NCBI GenBank assembly: GCA_937958885.1
Contig: CALGMT010000024.1
Location: 41,061-105,060, forward strand
Origin: an uncultured bacterium
GTDB taxonomy: Bacteria; Verrucomicrobiota; Kiritimatiellia; CAIVKH01
Reading direction: 5' to 3'
DNA: 64,000 bases
The notes below the pieces were generated by a model. The model had not been told where the DNA came from. It saw only the letters and a list, made by a program, of their open reading frames with translations, and ran no database searches. Of this stretch, positions 17,807 through 27,486 are shown one piece after another (position 1 is the stretch's first letter; each line of letters begins with the position of its first letter). Made by a program: the position numbers and the translations under genes.

Positions 17807-18444
17807 GAGCCGGGCGCTTCATCACATTTGAAGGCCCTGAGGGCGGCGGCAAGACCACGCAGGCCAAGCGCCTCATCGCCCGACTTCGCGAGGCGGGTCG
17901 CGATGTGTTATACACGCGCGAACCCGGAGGCACGCCGACCGGCGAGGCCATTCGCGACATTCTCCAGCACAACAAAGCGGGCGAGCCTATCTGCGACGAG
18001 GCGGAGGTCTTCCTTTTCGCCGCGAGCCGCGCGCAGTTGGTGCGCACCGTGATCCTGCCGGCGCTGGCGCGCGGTACGATCGTGGTGTGCGATCGCTTCG
18101 CCGACTCGACGACGGCGTACCAGGGATACGGACGGGGGTTTCCTGTCGAGCAGATGCTCGCGATCAACGCCTTTGCGGTCGGCGAGGCGGTGCCGGATAT
18201 TACACTTCTGTTAGACGTGCCGATCGCGATCGGCTTCGAGCGCATACACGCCCGGCAACAGGAGTTGTTTCAGGACGCGGACCGAATCGAGCGCGAGGCG
18301 CGCGCGTTCCATGATCGCGTGCGCGCGGGCTATCTGGAGCTGGCACAACGCTGGCCCGAACGGTTCCGCCGGGTGGATGCGACACAGGCGCCCGACGACG
18401 TCGAGCGCGCGGTATGGGAGCTGGTATCCGGTGTACTCCCTTGA
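17803..18444 (+). CDS. tmk: thymidylate kinase
   Basis: ATG 17803 overlaps the cysS TGA. P-loop FITFEGPEGGGKTTQ. Confidence 0.92.
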   Translation: MRAGRFITFEGPEGGGKTTQAKRLIARLREAGRDVLYTREPGGTPTGEAIRDILQHNKAGEPICDEAEVFLFAASRAQLVRTVILPALARGTIVVCDRFADSTTAYQGYGRGFPVEQMLAINAFAVGEAVPDITLLLDVPIAIGFERIHARQQELFQDADRIEREARAFHDRVRAGYLELAQRWPERFRRVDATQAPDDVERAVWELVSGVLP

Positions 18445-19498
18445 TGACTTGCCGGTCCTGGAGCCGTTGCGGCGCGCGCACGCGGAACAGCGCCTCGCGC
18501 ACGCGTTCCTGATCGTCGGTTCGCCGGAAGGGCAGGGGCGTCGTCTCGCCGAAGCGCTCGCGCAACTGGTCTTCTGCACCGCATCGAAGAAGCCGTGCGG
18601 CGAATGCGACGGGTGCCGGCGCATCGCGCGGCGCGATCATCCCGACGTGTATTGGATCGAGCCCGAAAAAAAGACCCGGATCATTTCCGTGGGCAGCCCG
18701 GAAAACCGACGCAAGGACCCGGGCATCCGCTATCGTTTGCTGGAGCCGCTGTCGCAGACCTCCTATGCGGGCGGATGGAAGGTCGGCGTAATCCTTTGGG
18801 CCGATCGGATGAATGAGTCGGCGGCGAATGCGCTGCTCAAAATGTTGGAAGAGCCTCCCCGCTCGACACTCCTGATTTTGGTGTCGGAGCACTCGCACCA
18901 ACTGCTTCCGACGATCGTGTCGCGGTGCCAGCGATTGATCCTGGCTGAGCGCGAGAAACCGACCGACGCCGTATGGCGCGCGGAGTTGGAGGACTGGCTG
19001 GCCGGGGCCGGCGCCCGCGGACCGCTGACCGCGCTGGCGCGCGCGTCGCAACTCCTGCGCTTGCTGGATCGGATCAAGACGGAGATCGCCGAGCAAGAAC
19101 AGTCGAAAGACGGTTCTTCAGACGAAGACGCCGATGGCGTTGAGGACGGCGAGGATGCCTATGACGAGAGCGGGCTGGATGCGGCGCACGAGCGGGAGGC
19201 CAATCTCGCGCGCGAAATCCGGGACGCGCGCGTATCCTCGCGGTTGGTCAAGGAGCGCACCGCGATCCTTCACGCGATCCAGCTTTGGCAGCGCGATGTT
19301 TTGGCGTGCAAGCTGGGCGCTTCGGAGGAGGCCCTGCACTATTCCGCGCGAAAGGGCGAATTGCTGAAGCAAGCGTCCGATTGCGATGTCCCGACACTGC
19401 TCAACCGCATTCGCGCGGTTGATGAAGCAGCGGGCCGGCTTGGCGTCAACATGAACGCCCTGTTGGTGCTCGATGCGATGGTTCGCACGGGGGTGTAA
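18431..19498 (+). CDS. holB: DNA polymerase III subunit delta'
   Basis: CGECDGCRRI zinc module and NALLKMLEEPP motif. Probable GTG start at 18431, overlapping the tmk 3' end. The track ORF starts further upstream at 18311. Confidence 0.85.
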   Translation: MYSLDDLPVLEPLRRAHAEQRLAHAFLIVGSPEGQGRRLAEALAQLVFCTASKKPCGECDGCRRIARRDHPDVYWIEPEKKTRIISVGSPENRRKDPGIRYRLLEPLSQTSYAGGWKVGVILWADRMNESAANALLKMLEEPPRSTLLILVSEHSHQLLPTIVSRCQRLILAEREKPTDAVWRAELEDWLAGAGARGPLTALARASQLLRLLDRIKTEIAEQEQSKDGSSDEDADGVEDGEDAYDESGLDAAHEREANLAREIRDARVSSRLVKERTAILHAIQLWQRDVLACKLGASEEALHYSARKGELLKQASDCDVPTLLNRIRAVDEAAGRLGVNMNALLVLDAMVRTGV

Positions 19499-19524
19499 AT
19501 CCGATTCGCCGGACGCCTGGCCGG

Positions 19525-19947
19525 TCAAAATCGGATCGCGATTCCGGCGGAGGCGAGCCAATCGTCATCGCCGTCGCTCACGCGCCGATAACCGCCGACG
19601 TGGAAAAGCAATTGCTTGATGCTCAACTCGCCTTCGAGTCCGAGGAAGGTCTGGTCTTCATCCACGCCGAGAGGCTCGATCCATGTGCGAAGCAGGGCGC
19701 CCTTCAGGCCATATCCGAAGGAGCCCGATCCGTGATTGTCCAAGCCGACGGCGGCCCGTCCGCCGCCGATTCCTGCCTCGACTTCCAGCGCGGGATGAAA
19801 CTGTCCGTCAGGCGGGCCCATCCGCAAGCCGGCGGCGCCGCTCAAGAGGAGAGGGGTGGAAACCCGCAATTGCAGAATTGGCTCCGAGAATGCAGCCCAG
19901 CCTGTCCCCAACGTTATGATGGCTATCCATTTGAAATGTTTCATCAT
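19525..19947 (-). CDS. small secreted/outer-membrane beta-barrel-like protein, hypothetical
   Basis: MMKHFKWIAIITLGTGWAAFS signal peptide. Gly-rich alternating pattern. C-terminal ...GIAIRF ends in Phe, as in many OMPs. Confidence 0.5.
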   Translation of the reverse strand: MMKHFKWIAIITLGTGWAAFSEPILQLRVSTPLLLSGAAGLRMGPPDGQFHPALEVEAGIGGGRAAVGLDNHGSGSFGYGLKGALLRTWIEPLGVDEDQTFLGLEGELSIKQLLFHVGGYRRVSDGDDDWLASAGIAIRF

Positions 19948-20187
19948 CGCTAATGTCCGACCCATATCAGTTCCTCTCATTCTGATCAACGCAATCTCCG
20001 TAAAGGCGGCTGTTCAGGAGCGGCGTCGATCTACTATTATGTTATGGATGCCATTCGCGCAAGCCGGGCCTTGCGGAAAAAAGGGCCTTTCTCCTGCGTG
20101 ACAAAGGAGGGGCGAGATTGATAGGATCAAAACCGTTCGCTTCTGACCCGGCCAATGCCGGATCGACGAACGGAGGGAGTCTGTCCT

Positions 20188-20673
20188 ATGGACATCAAGG
20201 AAATCAAACGCATCCTCGAGCTGATGAAGGAGAATGATCTCTCCGAATTCGAGCTGGCGGAGGAGGGTTTTCGTATAACCGTGAAGCGAAAAATTAACGG
20301 AGGGGAACCACAGGTCATGCTGGCCTCGGCTCCGCAAGCCTACATACCGGCGCCGGCAACCCCTGCAACCCCCGCAACGCCCGCGGCTGCGCCCGTCGCG
20401 ACGCCTGCTGCCGCTGCGCCGGCCCCCAGCAATCTTGTCGAGATCAAATCGCCGATGGTCGGAACGTTTTACCGTGCTGGCTCGCCCGAGGCGGAGCCAT
20501 ACGTTTCGGTGGGCAAAGAAATTGATGAAGAGTCGGTCGTGTGCATCATCGAAGCGATGAAGGTGATGAACGAGATCAAGGCTGAAGTCAAAGGCACGAT
20601 TCGGAAAATACTGGTCGAAAACGCGACCCCGGTCGAATTCGGTCAGCCGCTCTTTCTTGTGGAACCGCGCTAG
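20188..20673 (+). CDS. accB: acetyl-CoA carboxylase biotin carboxyl carrier protein
   Basis: Biotinyl-lysine motif IEAMKVMNEI and a Pro/Ala linker. ATG 20188 preceded by GGAGGGA. Confidence 0.93.
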   Translation: MDIKEIKRILELMKENDLSEFELAEEGFRITVKRKINGGEPQVMLASAPQAYIPAPATPATPATPAAAPVATPAAAAPAPSNLVEIKSPMVGTFYRAGSPEAEPYVSVGKEIDEESVVCIIEAMKVMNEIKAEVKGTIRKILVENATPVEFGQPLFLVEPR

Positions 20674-20682
20674 CTCCACTTT

Positions 20683-22050
20683 ATGTTTGACCGCATCCTC
20701 ATTGCCAATCGCGGCGAAATTGCCGTCCGCATCATCCGGGCCTGCAAGGAGTTGGGCATCAAGGCCGTCGCTGTATACTCCACGGCGGACGCGCGCTCGA
20801 TGCACGTCCAGATGGCGGACGAAGCCATCTGTATCGGCCCTGCGGCCGCGCGGGACAGTTACCTCAAAATCGCGAACATCATCAGCGCGGCGGAAGTCGC
20901 GGACGTGGACGCGATCCATCCCGGCTACGGATTCCTCGCGGAGAACGCCCACTTCGCCGAGATCTGCAAGAACTGCAACATTCATTTCATCGGTCCGTCT
21001 CCGCACAGCATCCGCATGATGGGCAACAAATCCGTTGCGCGCGATACGATGCGAAAGGCGGGCGTCCCGATCGCGCCGGGCAGTGAAGGCGTTGTGAAAA
21101 CAAAAGAGGACGCCGTTCGGGTTGCGCAGCAGATTGGCTACCCGGTTCTCATCAAAGCCGTGGCCGGCGGCGGCGGCAAGGGGATGCGCGTGGCGCGCAA
21201 CGATGTCAGCGTGGTGCAGGGGTTCATGATGGCGAGTTCCGAGGCGGAACGCGCCTTTTCGAATCCCGAGGTGTATATCGAGAAGTTTGTGGACCAGGCG
21301 CGACACATCGAAATGCAGGTGATCGCGGACCAGCATGGGAATGCGTGCCACCTCTTCGAGCGCGATTGCTCGATCCAGCGCCGCCATCAGAAGCTCGTCG
21401 AGGAGGCGCTATCGCCGGTGATCGACGACGAATTGCGGCACAAGCTCGGCAAGGCGGCGTTGCGCGCGGTGGAGGCCGTGGAGTATCAGAACGCGGGCAC
21501 GATCGAATTCTTGTTCGACGCGCAGTCGCGCGAGTTCTACTTCATGGAGATGAACACGCGTATTCAGGTGGAGCACCCGGTCACGGAGCAAATCACCGGG
21601 GTGGACCTCATCAAGGAACAGATTCGCGTCGCGTCAGGCGAGAAGCTGTCCTTCGGCCAGCGGGACATCAAGCCGAGGGGGCATGCGATCGAGTTTCGGG
21701 TGAACGCCGAAAATCCCCACAAGGAGTTCGCGCCGTCGCCCGGAAAGATTCAATTCATCCACATGCCCGGCGGCATCGGCGTGCGCGTCGATTCGCACGT
21801 GTACAACGGCTACGAGATCTCGCCGCATTACGACAGCATGATCGCGAAAATCATCGTGACCGCGGACGATCGCGCCACCGCAATCGCGCGCATGAATCGC
21901 GCGCTGTCCGAGTTTATGATCGAGGGCGTGTCCACGACCGTGCCGGTCGGGCAGGCGCTGCTCGCGGACGGCCGCTTTCAGCGCGGCGAATACACCACGA
22001 CCTTTCTCGAGAGTTTCATCAAGGAGGGGTTCCTCCCCAACAACCCGTAG
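20683..22050 (+). CDS. accC: acetyl-CoA carboxylase biotin carboxylase subunit
   Basis: 455 aa. ATP-grasp fold with GGGGKGMR and [14 protein letters not shown] motifs. Confidence 0.96.
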   Translation: MFDRILIANRGEIAVRIIRACKELGIKAVAVYSTADARSMHVQMADEAICIGPAAARDSYLKIANIISAAEVADVDAIHPGYGFLAENAHFAEICKNCNIHFIGPSPHSIRMMGNKSVARDTMRKAGVPIAPGSEGVVKTKEDAVRVAQQIGYPVLIKAVAGGGGKGMRVARNDVSVVQGFMMASSEAERAFSNPEVYIEKFVDQARHIEMQVIADQHGNACHLFERDCSIQRRHQKLVEEALSPVIDDELRHKLGKAALRAVEAVEYQNAGTIEFLFDAQSREFYFMEMNTRIQVEHPVTEQITGVDLIKEQIRVASGEKLSFGQRDIKPRGHAIEFRVNAENPHKEFAPSPGKIQFIHMPGGIGVRVDSHVYNGYEISPHYDSMIAKIIVTADDRATAIARMNRALSEFMIEGVSTTVPVGQALLADGRFQRGEYTTTFLESFIKEGFLPNNP

Positions 22051-22059
22051 GAGCGCGTC

Positions 22060-22512
22060 ATGGCAGAAGTCGCACAAGCCCAGAAAACCGAATCCGGTCT
22101 TTCGCCGGATCACCCTGATGTCTCGACGGAACACGTTGAGAACGCAAACGAGCTCGGCTCAGTTCAGATCCACAACAGCGTGATTGCCGCGATCACGCGC
22201 GTCGCCGCGCTGAAGATCGACGGCGTGATTGAATTGTCCGGCGGTCTGGTGGACGGACTGGCGGGCATGATCGGCAAGAAGACCGGCGACCGCGGGATTC
22301 GCGTCGAATTCGAGGATTCCGCCGTTACGATCGAGATCCATGTGGTCCTTGCCTTCGGCGTGCGCATTCCGCATGTCGCGTGGCAGCTTCAAACTGAAAT
22401 TCGAAAGGCGGTCGAGCAAATGACCGGCAAGCCGGTGAAGGCCGTCAATGTGGTTGTCCAAGGCGTCCGAATGCCCGCGCCGCCCGCTCCGGTCGAGGAG
22501 CACGGCGCATGA
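22060..22512 (+). CDS. Asp23/Gls24-family envelope stress protein
   Basis: 150 aa. VQIHNSVIAAITRVAALKIDGVIELSGG is typical of Asp23 family N-termini. Confidence 0.8.
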   Translation: MAEVAQAQKTESGLSPDHPDVSTEHVENANELGSVQIHNSVIAAITRVAALKIDGVIELSGGLVDGLAGMIGKKTGDRGIRVEFEDSAVTIEIHVVLAFGVRIPHVAWQLQTEIRKAVEQMTGKPVKAVNVVVQGVRMPAPPAPVEEHGA

Positions 22513-23072
22513 AGACCATTCATGTCCTGATCGGCGTGATCTTGTTCGCCGTGCTGCTTGCCACGTCGCTGTACCTCCTGTCGCGCGTCTTCATGGGCGA
22601 AGCGGCGTGGATCGCCTTCATCGATCTGCTGCGGGGCGCGCGGATTTTGGTCGCGGCGGGGAGCCTCGCGCTGGCATTGCTATTGGTGCTGTATGCGCTG
22701 ACGAGCTTCAAGCTGCCTGAAAAGAGCCACTACATCGCGTATGACATCGAAGGCAGCGCCGTCAGCATCAGCCTGCGCGCGGTCCAGGATTTTCTCACGC
22801 GCCTGGCCGGCGAATTTGCGGCTGTAGAAGAACTGAAGCCCTCGCTGTCCGTGCAGGGCGGCGCGGTGGATGTGCAGCTCGATGTGAAGGTGCGGGCCGG
22901 TGCGCAGATTCCGGAGCTGTGCCGCATGCTGCAGGAGCGCGCCCGATCTACCCTGCGCGAGAAAGTCGGCCTCTCCGACGTCAAGGAGGTGCGCGTCCGC
23001 GTGCAGGAAATTGTCGGCGAAGTCCCTTCGGAAACCGCTTCGGGAGAGCGTCCCGAGACGTTCAGCGCATAG
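22509..23072 (+). CDS. membrane-anchor protein, AmaP-like (alkaline shock response membrane anchor)
   Basis: 187 aa with two N-terminal TM helices followed by a soluble domain. 4-nt overlap with the Asp23 gene. The call rests on context and architecture only. Confidence 0.5.
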   Translation: MKTIHVLIGVILFAVLLATSLYLLSRVFMGEAAWIAFIDLLRGARILVAAGSLALALLLVLYALTSFKLPEKSHYIAYDIEGSAVSISLRAVQDFLTRLAGEFAAVEELKPSLSVQGGAVDVQLDVKVRAGAQIPELCRMLQERARSTLREKVGLSDVKEVRVRVQEIVGEVPSETASGERPETFSA

Positions 23073-23093
23073 GCCGCTTCCGGACGTCGCATC

Positions 23094-23663
23094 ATGAATT
23101 GGGATGCCATCGCCGCCGAGCATCGCGCTGTCGTGGAACAAGTGGTTGGCGCACTGCGGCCGGCCATTGAGGAAGCGGCGGAGCGGATGGCGATCTGCCT
23201 CAAAGCCGGCGGCAAGGTTTTGCTCTGCGGCAACGGCGGCAGCGCGGCGGATGCCCAGCACATCGCAGGCGAGTTCGTGAACCGTTTCCTGCGCGAGCGA
23301 CGCCCGTATGCCGCGGTCGCGCTAACGACGGATTCCTCCATCTTGACCGCGGTGGGCAATGATTACAGCTTTGAGCAGGTGTTCGAAAAGCAGGTCGAGG
23401 CGCTCGGAAATCCGGGCGATGTCCTCATTGCCATCTCCACCAGCGGGCGCGCGGCAAACGTGCTCCGCGCGGTGCGGGCGGCGCGCGCGCGCCGCATGAC
23501 GGTCATCGCGCTGACCGGGGGGACCGGCGGGGATCTGGCCGACGCCGCCGATTGTTTGCTCTGTGTCTCCTGCACCCGCCACACGCCTCGGATCCAGGAG
23601 GGGCATTTGCTGATCTACCACGCGTTTTGCGAACGTTTGGAAGAATTGATGGAGGATTCATGA
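23094..23663 (+). CDS. gmhA: D-sedoheptulose 7-phosphate isomerase (SIS domain)
   Basis: 189 aa. LLCGNGGSAADAQHIAGEFVNRF and ISTSG motifs. Confidence 0.9.
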   Translation: MNWDAIAAEHRAVVEQVVGALRPAIEEAAERMAICLKAGGKVLLCGNGGSAADAQHIAGEFVNRFLRERRPYAAVALTTDSSILTAVGNDYSFEQVFEKQVEALGNPGDVLIAISTSGRAANVLRAVRAARARRMTVIALTGGTGGDLADAADCLLCVSCTRHTPRIQEGHLLIYHAFCERLEELMEDS

Positions 23664-24592
23664 TGGCCCGCCCCCGCGCAAAGAAACCCGCCGTGGACGT
23701 CGCGATTGTCGGCTCGATCGGCATCGATACAGTGGAAACGCCGACGGATCGGCGCGAACACATTTTGGGCGGGTCTGCAAGCTATGCGTGCGCCGCGGCG
23801 TCTTTTTTCTCGCGCGTCGGCATGGTGGGTGTGGTCGGAACCGATTTTCCTGCCGCGTACCTGAAGCTTTATAAACGATTCGGCATCGACACCGAGGGGC
23901 TTCAGGTCAGACCCGGCGAGACGTTTCGATGGAGCGGCGTTTACGAGTCCAACATGGACAATCGCCGGACCATCAGCACCGAATTGAACGTGTTCGCCTC
24001 GTTCTCGCCGGAGCTGCCGGAGGGCTATCGCGACGCGCCGTATCTGTTCCTCGCGAACATTTCGCCATCTCTGCAACTGCACGTGCTCGATCAGGTTCGC
24101 CGCCCGCGGTTTGTGATGCTCGACACGATGGATTTGTGGATCAACACCGCGCGCGACGAATTGCACACCGTGATCGGGCGCGTGGACCTGCTGACCCTCA
24201 ACGAGTCGGAGGCGCGCCACCTGACCGGACGCCACGCCCTGATGCAGGCCGCGCGGCGCCTGCTCGAACTAGGCCCCAAATATGTGATTATCAAGAAAGG
24301 CGAGCACGGAAGCATGCTGTTCTCGCGCCGATCGATCTTCCTGATGCCGGCATATTTGCTGGAGGACGTGCGCGATCCGACCGGCGCGGGCGATACGTTC
24401 GCCGGAGGCTTTCTGGGCGCGCTCGCTCGCATGGGGACCGTGAGCGAATCCGCGATTCGCCGCGCGATGCTGTACGGCAGCGTCGTCGCCTCGTTCGGCG
24501 TCGAGGATTTCAGTCTCGATCGACTCGCCAAGCTCAAACGCCCGCAGATTGAGCAGCGCGTGCGTCTCTTCCGGCGCATGCTCGCGGGGTGA
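23660..24592 (+). CDS. PfkB-family carbohydrate kinase
   Basis: ATG 23660 overlaps the gmhA stop. C-terminal DPTGAGDTFAGGFLGAL ribokinase-family signature. Substrate unknown. Confidence 0.8.
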   Translation: MMARPRAKKPAVDVAIVGSIGIDTVETPTDRREHILGGSASYACAAASFFSRVGMVGVVGTDFPAAYLKLYKRFGIDTEGLQVRPGETFRWSGVYESNMDNRRTISTELNVFASFSPELPEGYRDAPYLFLANISPSLQLHVLDQVRRPRFVMLDTMDLWINTARDELHTVIGRVDLLTLNESEARHLTGRHALMQAARRLLELGPKYVIIKKGEHGSMLFSRRSIFLMPAYLLEDVRDPTGAGDTFAGGFLGALARMGTVSESAIRRAMLYGSVVASFGVEDFSLDRLAKLKRPQIEQRVRLFRRMLAG

Positions 24593-24661
24593 GGGGCGAT
24601 TTCGATAGGGAATTCGTTCCGATGCCGATTCTGATGATGAATCGGTGCGGATGGCGCGGGG

Positions 24662-25576
24662 TTATTGCTGCCGGAAGCCTTGGGCTTGGGAGTAGCGGCC
24701 GAGGCGGCGGCCTGACTCGGCATCCTTAATCTCGATCCACTCGGCGGTCGCGCCGCGCGTGGCGGTCGCGTGAGCGGCCAGCATGCGGGCCAATCCTTCT
24801 CGCACACCGGGATCGAGGCCAGCCCAAACGGCGCGATACATGGTCGCCTCGCTGTTGGTGGCGGTATAGTCGACGATCACCCGCATGGCTTGGAGGCGCG
24901 TGATGAGCATGGTGTAGTCCTCGCTCGGCGAATTGGGCGCCGGCCGCGTCGCCAGGAGCGGAACCCAGAACGATTCGCCGCCCGCGCGCGGTTCGACCCG
25001 AATCCACAGACCTTTTTGCTCTTTTACCTGTAACAGGGTGCCCCGATTGACATCGTTCATTTGCACCCGGTTATACCGGTCGCCCGGGCCGCCGCGCGGG
25101 ACTGTGTTGTCCGAGAGCATAAACCGCAGCGACCCGATCAAGGGCAGCGGATCGCGGATCAGTCGAAAGGTGAGCGACTCCTCCACTTCGGCGAGCGCTT
25201 CGCGGCGCGCGAATTCCTCCGGATACACGTCAGCGAGCGCTTCGGGCGCCATTTCGGAGCGCGCGATCGTGATTTCCGAAAGCCCGTCTTTCAGCACAAC
25301 GCCGTCGGCGCTGTACGATTTGACCTCGCCGCCTTCGCGTGTGCCGTCGCGGAGCAGGATCAACAGATTTTCGCCGACTTGCGGCGGATCGAAGAGCTCG
25401 AAGTAGCGGCGCCACGCCGATTCGTACTCTGCCTGTAGCGCGCCGTCCGTGTATTCCCGGCCGGGTTTGGGCGTCGAGTCAACGGCAGGCGTCGGCGGCG
25501 GGGCGTGTTTTTTGCAACCCGATATAACGGTTGACGCCGCAAAAAGCGCAGCCATCCAAAGTGCACTGAATTTCAC
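24662..25576 (-). CDS. lipoprotein, hypothetical (possible SH3-like segment)
   Basis: MKFSALWMAALFAASTVISGCKK contains a lipobox. No enzymatic motif recognised. Confidence 0.6.
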   Translation of the reverse strand: MKFSALWMAALFAASTVISGCKKHAPPPTPAVDSTPKPGREYTDGALQAEYESAWRRYFELFDPPQVGENLLILLRDGTREGGEVKSYSADGVVLKDGLSEITIARSEMAPEALADVYPEEFARREALAEVEESLTFRLIRDPLPLIGSLRFMLSDNTVPRGGPGDRYNRVQMNDVNRGTLLQVKEQKGLWIRVEPRAGGESFWVPLLATRPAPNSPSEDYTMLITRLQAMRVIVDYTATNSEATMYRAVWAGLDPGVREGLARMLAAHATATRGATAEWIEIKDAESGRRLGRYSQAQGFRQQ

Positions 25577-25656
25577 GCTTGATATTTACCAAATCGCTGG
25601 ACGAATGAAAGGATATTTGGTGTTAGTGATGCGTTTGAAAGGACCCACCGCGTGCC

Positions 25657-27378
25657 ATGAAACGTACTTCCCCCCCTGATGCCTGCGCCTCGTGCGACCT
25701 CCGCTGCAACTCCGCCCGCGTGATCGACGGCCCCGAGCGGGCGGCCAGTCGCGCGATGCTGCACGCGGTCGGCTTCCGCGACAGCGATTTCAAGAAACCG
25801 CAAATCGGGGTGGCGTCCACCTGGAGCATGGTGACACCGTGCAATATGCACATCGACAAGCTGGCGCGCTATGCGGCGCAGGGCGTGGATGCGTCCGGCG
25901 GAAAAGCGGTTATTTTCGGCACCATTACGGTGTCGGACGGCATTTCGATGGGAACCGAGGGGATGAAGTATTCGCTCGTGTCCCGCGAGGTGATTGCGGA
26001 CTCGATCGAGGCGGTCGTGGGCTGCGAGGGCTTCGATGGCTTCGTGGCCATCGGCGGATGCGACAAGAATATGCCGGGCTGCGTCATCGCGATGGCGCGG
26101 CTGAACCGCCCGTCGGTTTTCGTGTACGGCGGCACGATCCTGCCGGGCACGCACAAGGGGCGCAAGGTGGACATCGTGTCGGTGTTCGAGGCCGTCGGCG
26201 CGCACGCGCGCGGGGATATCTCCGACAAGGAACTCAAGGAAATCGAGAAATGCGCGATTCCGGGTCCCGGCTCATGCGGGGGCATGTACACGGCGAATAC
26301 GATGGCGTCGGCGATCGAAGCGCTGGGATTGAGCCTCCCGAACAGCTCCGCGCAGGCGGCGGTGTCGGCCGCCAAGCGGGAAGATTGCCGCGCGGCGGGC
26401 CGCGCGGTGCTGAACCTGCTCAAACGCGGTATTCGTCCCCGCGATATCCTGACGCGCGAGGCGTTCGAGAACGCGATCGCGCTGGTGATGGCCCTCGGCG
26501 GCTCGACCAACGCCGTGCTGCATCTGCTCGCGATGGCGCACGCGGCGGAGGTCAAGCTGACCCTCGACGATTTTACACGGATTGGCCGAAAAACGCCGGT
26601 GCTGGCGGACCTCAAGCCGAGCGGGAAATATGTGATGGCCGAACTGGTCAAGATCGGCGGCACGGTACCGCTGATGAAGACATTGATTGCCGAAGGGCTG
26701 ATGCACGGCAACTGCCTGACCGTGACCGGCAAGACTCTTTGGGAGAATGTTCGAAAGGCTAAACCCTACCCGGCGAAGCAGGACGTGGTGCGTCCGCTGT
26801 CGAACCCGATCAAAAAAGACGGGCATCTGGTGATCTTGCGGGGGAACCTCGCGCCGGAGGGCGCAGTGGCGAAGATTTCCGGCAAAGAAGGACTTTCCTT
26901 CAGCGGTCGCGCGATCGTGTTTGACTCCGAGGAGACCGCCCTGCGCGCGATCCTGGACGGCCGCGTCAAGGCGGGGCATGTCATCGTGATCCGTTATGAA
27001 GGTCCGCGCGGCGGCCCCGGCATGCGCGAGATGCTGTCGCCGACCTCGGCGGTGATGGGGAAGGGGTTGGGCAAATCCGTCGCGCTGATTACGGACGGAC
27101 GCTTCTCCGGCGGCAGCCACGGATTCGTGGTGGGCCATATCACCCCGGAAGCCTATGTCGGCGGTCCCATCGCAATTGTGCGAAACGGCGATCCGATCAC
27201 CATCAATACGGAGAAGCGCATCGTCCAGCTCGATTTGCCGGATGCGGAGATTAAGAGCCGGCTGGATGCCTGGAAAAAACCGAAACCGCGCTATACGCGG
27301 GGCGTGCTCGCGAAATATGCCGCCCACGTGACGTCCGCCTCGCTCGGTGCGGTAACGGACGCCGGTCTTGATTCGTGA
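25657..27378 (+). CDS. ilvD: dihydroxy-acid dehydratase
   Basis: 573 aa. Contains [26 protein letters not shown] and GGCDKNMPG motifs. Confidence 0.95.
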   Translation: MKRTSPPDACASCDLRCNSARVIDGPERAASRAMLHAVGFRDSDFKKPQIGVASTWSMVTPCNMHIDKLARYAAQGVDASGGKAVIFGTITVSDGISMGTEGMKYSLVSREVIADSIEAVVGCEGFDGFVAIGGCDKNMPGCVIAMARLNRPSVFVYGGTILPGTHKGRKVDIVSVFEAVGAHARGDISDKELKEIEKCAIPGPGSCGGMYTANTMASAIEALGLSLPNSSAQAAVSAAKREDCRAAGRAVLNLLKRGIRPRDILTREAFENAIALVMALGGSTNAVLHLLAMAHAAEVKLTLDDFTRIGRKTPVLADLKPSGKYVMAELVKIGGTVPLMKTLIAEGLMHGNCLTVTGKTLWENVRKAKPYPAKQDVVRPLSNPIKKDGHLVILRGNLAPEGAVAKISGKEGLSFSGRAIVFDSEETALRAILDGRVKAGHVIVIRYEGPRGGPGMREMLSPTSAVMGKGLGKSVALITDGRFSGGSHGFVVGHITPEAYVGGPIAIVRNGDPITINTEKRIVQLDLPDAEIKSRLDAWKKPKPRYTRGVLAKYAAHVTSASLGAVTDAGLDS

Positions 27379-27435
27379 TGCTGCGCTGAACCCGCGAGTG
27401 TGAAGCGCACGCGATTCGTCCGGGTTATCTTTACT

Positions 27436-27451
27436 TGGCACGGTTCCCGCT
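27436..27451 (+). promoter_or_regulatory. candidate sigma54 (-24/-12) promoter upstream of the Pmp-like gene
   Basis: TGGCACggttcccGCT. GG at 27437-27438 and GC at 27449-27450 have the canonical spacing. The -24 half is perfect and the -12 half is partial. Located 36 nt upstream of ATG 27487. Confidence 0.3.
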
Positions 27452-27486
27452 GCAACGAGTTCCCATTGCTTCTGGAGGAACCCTAC

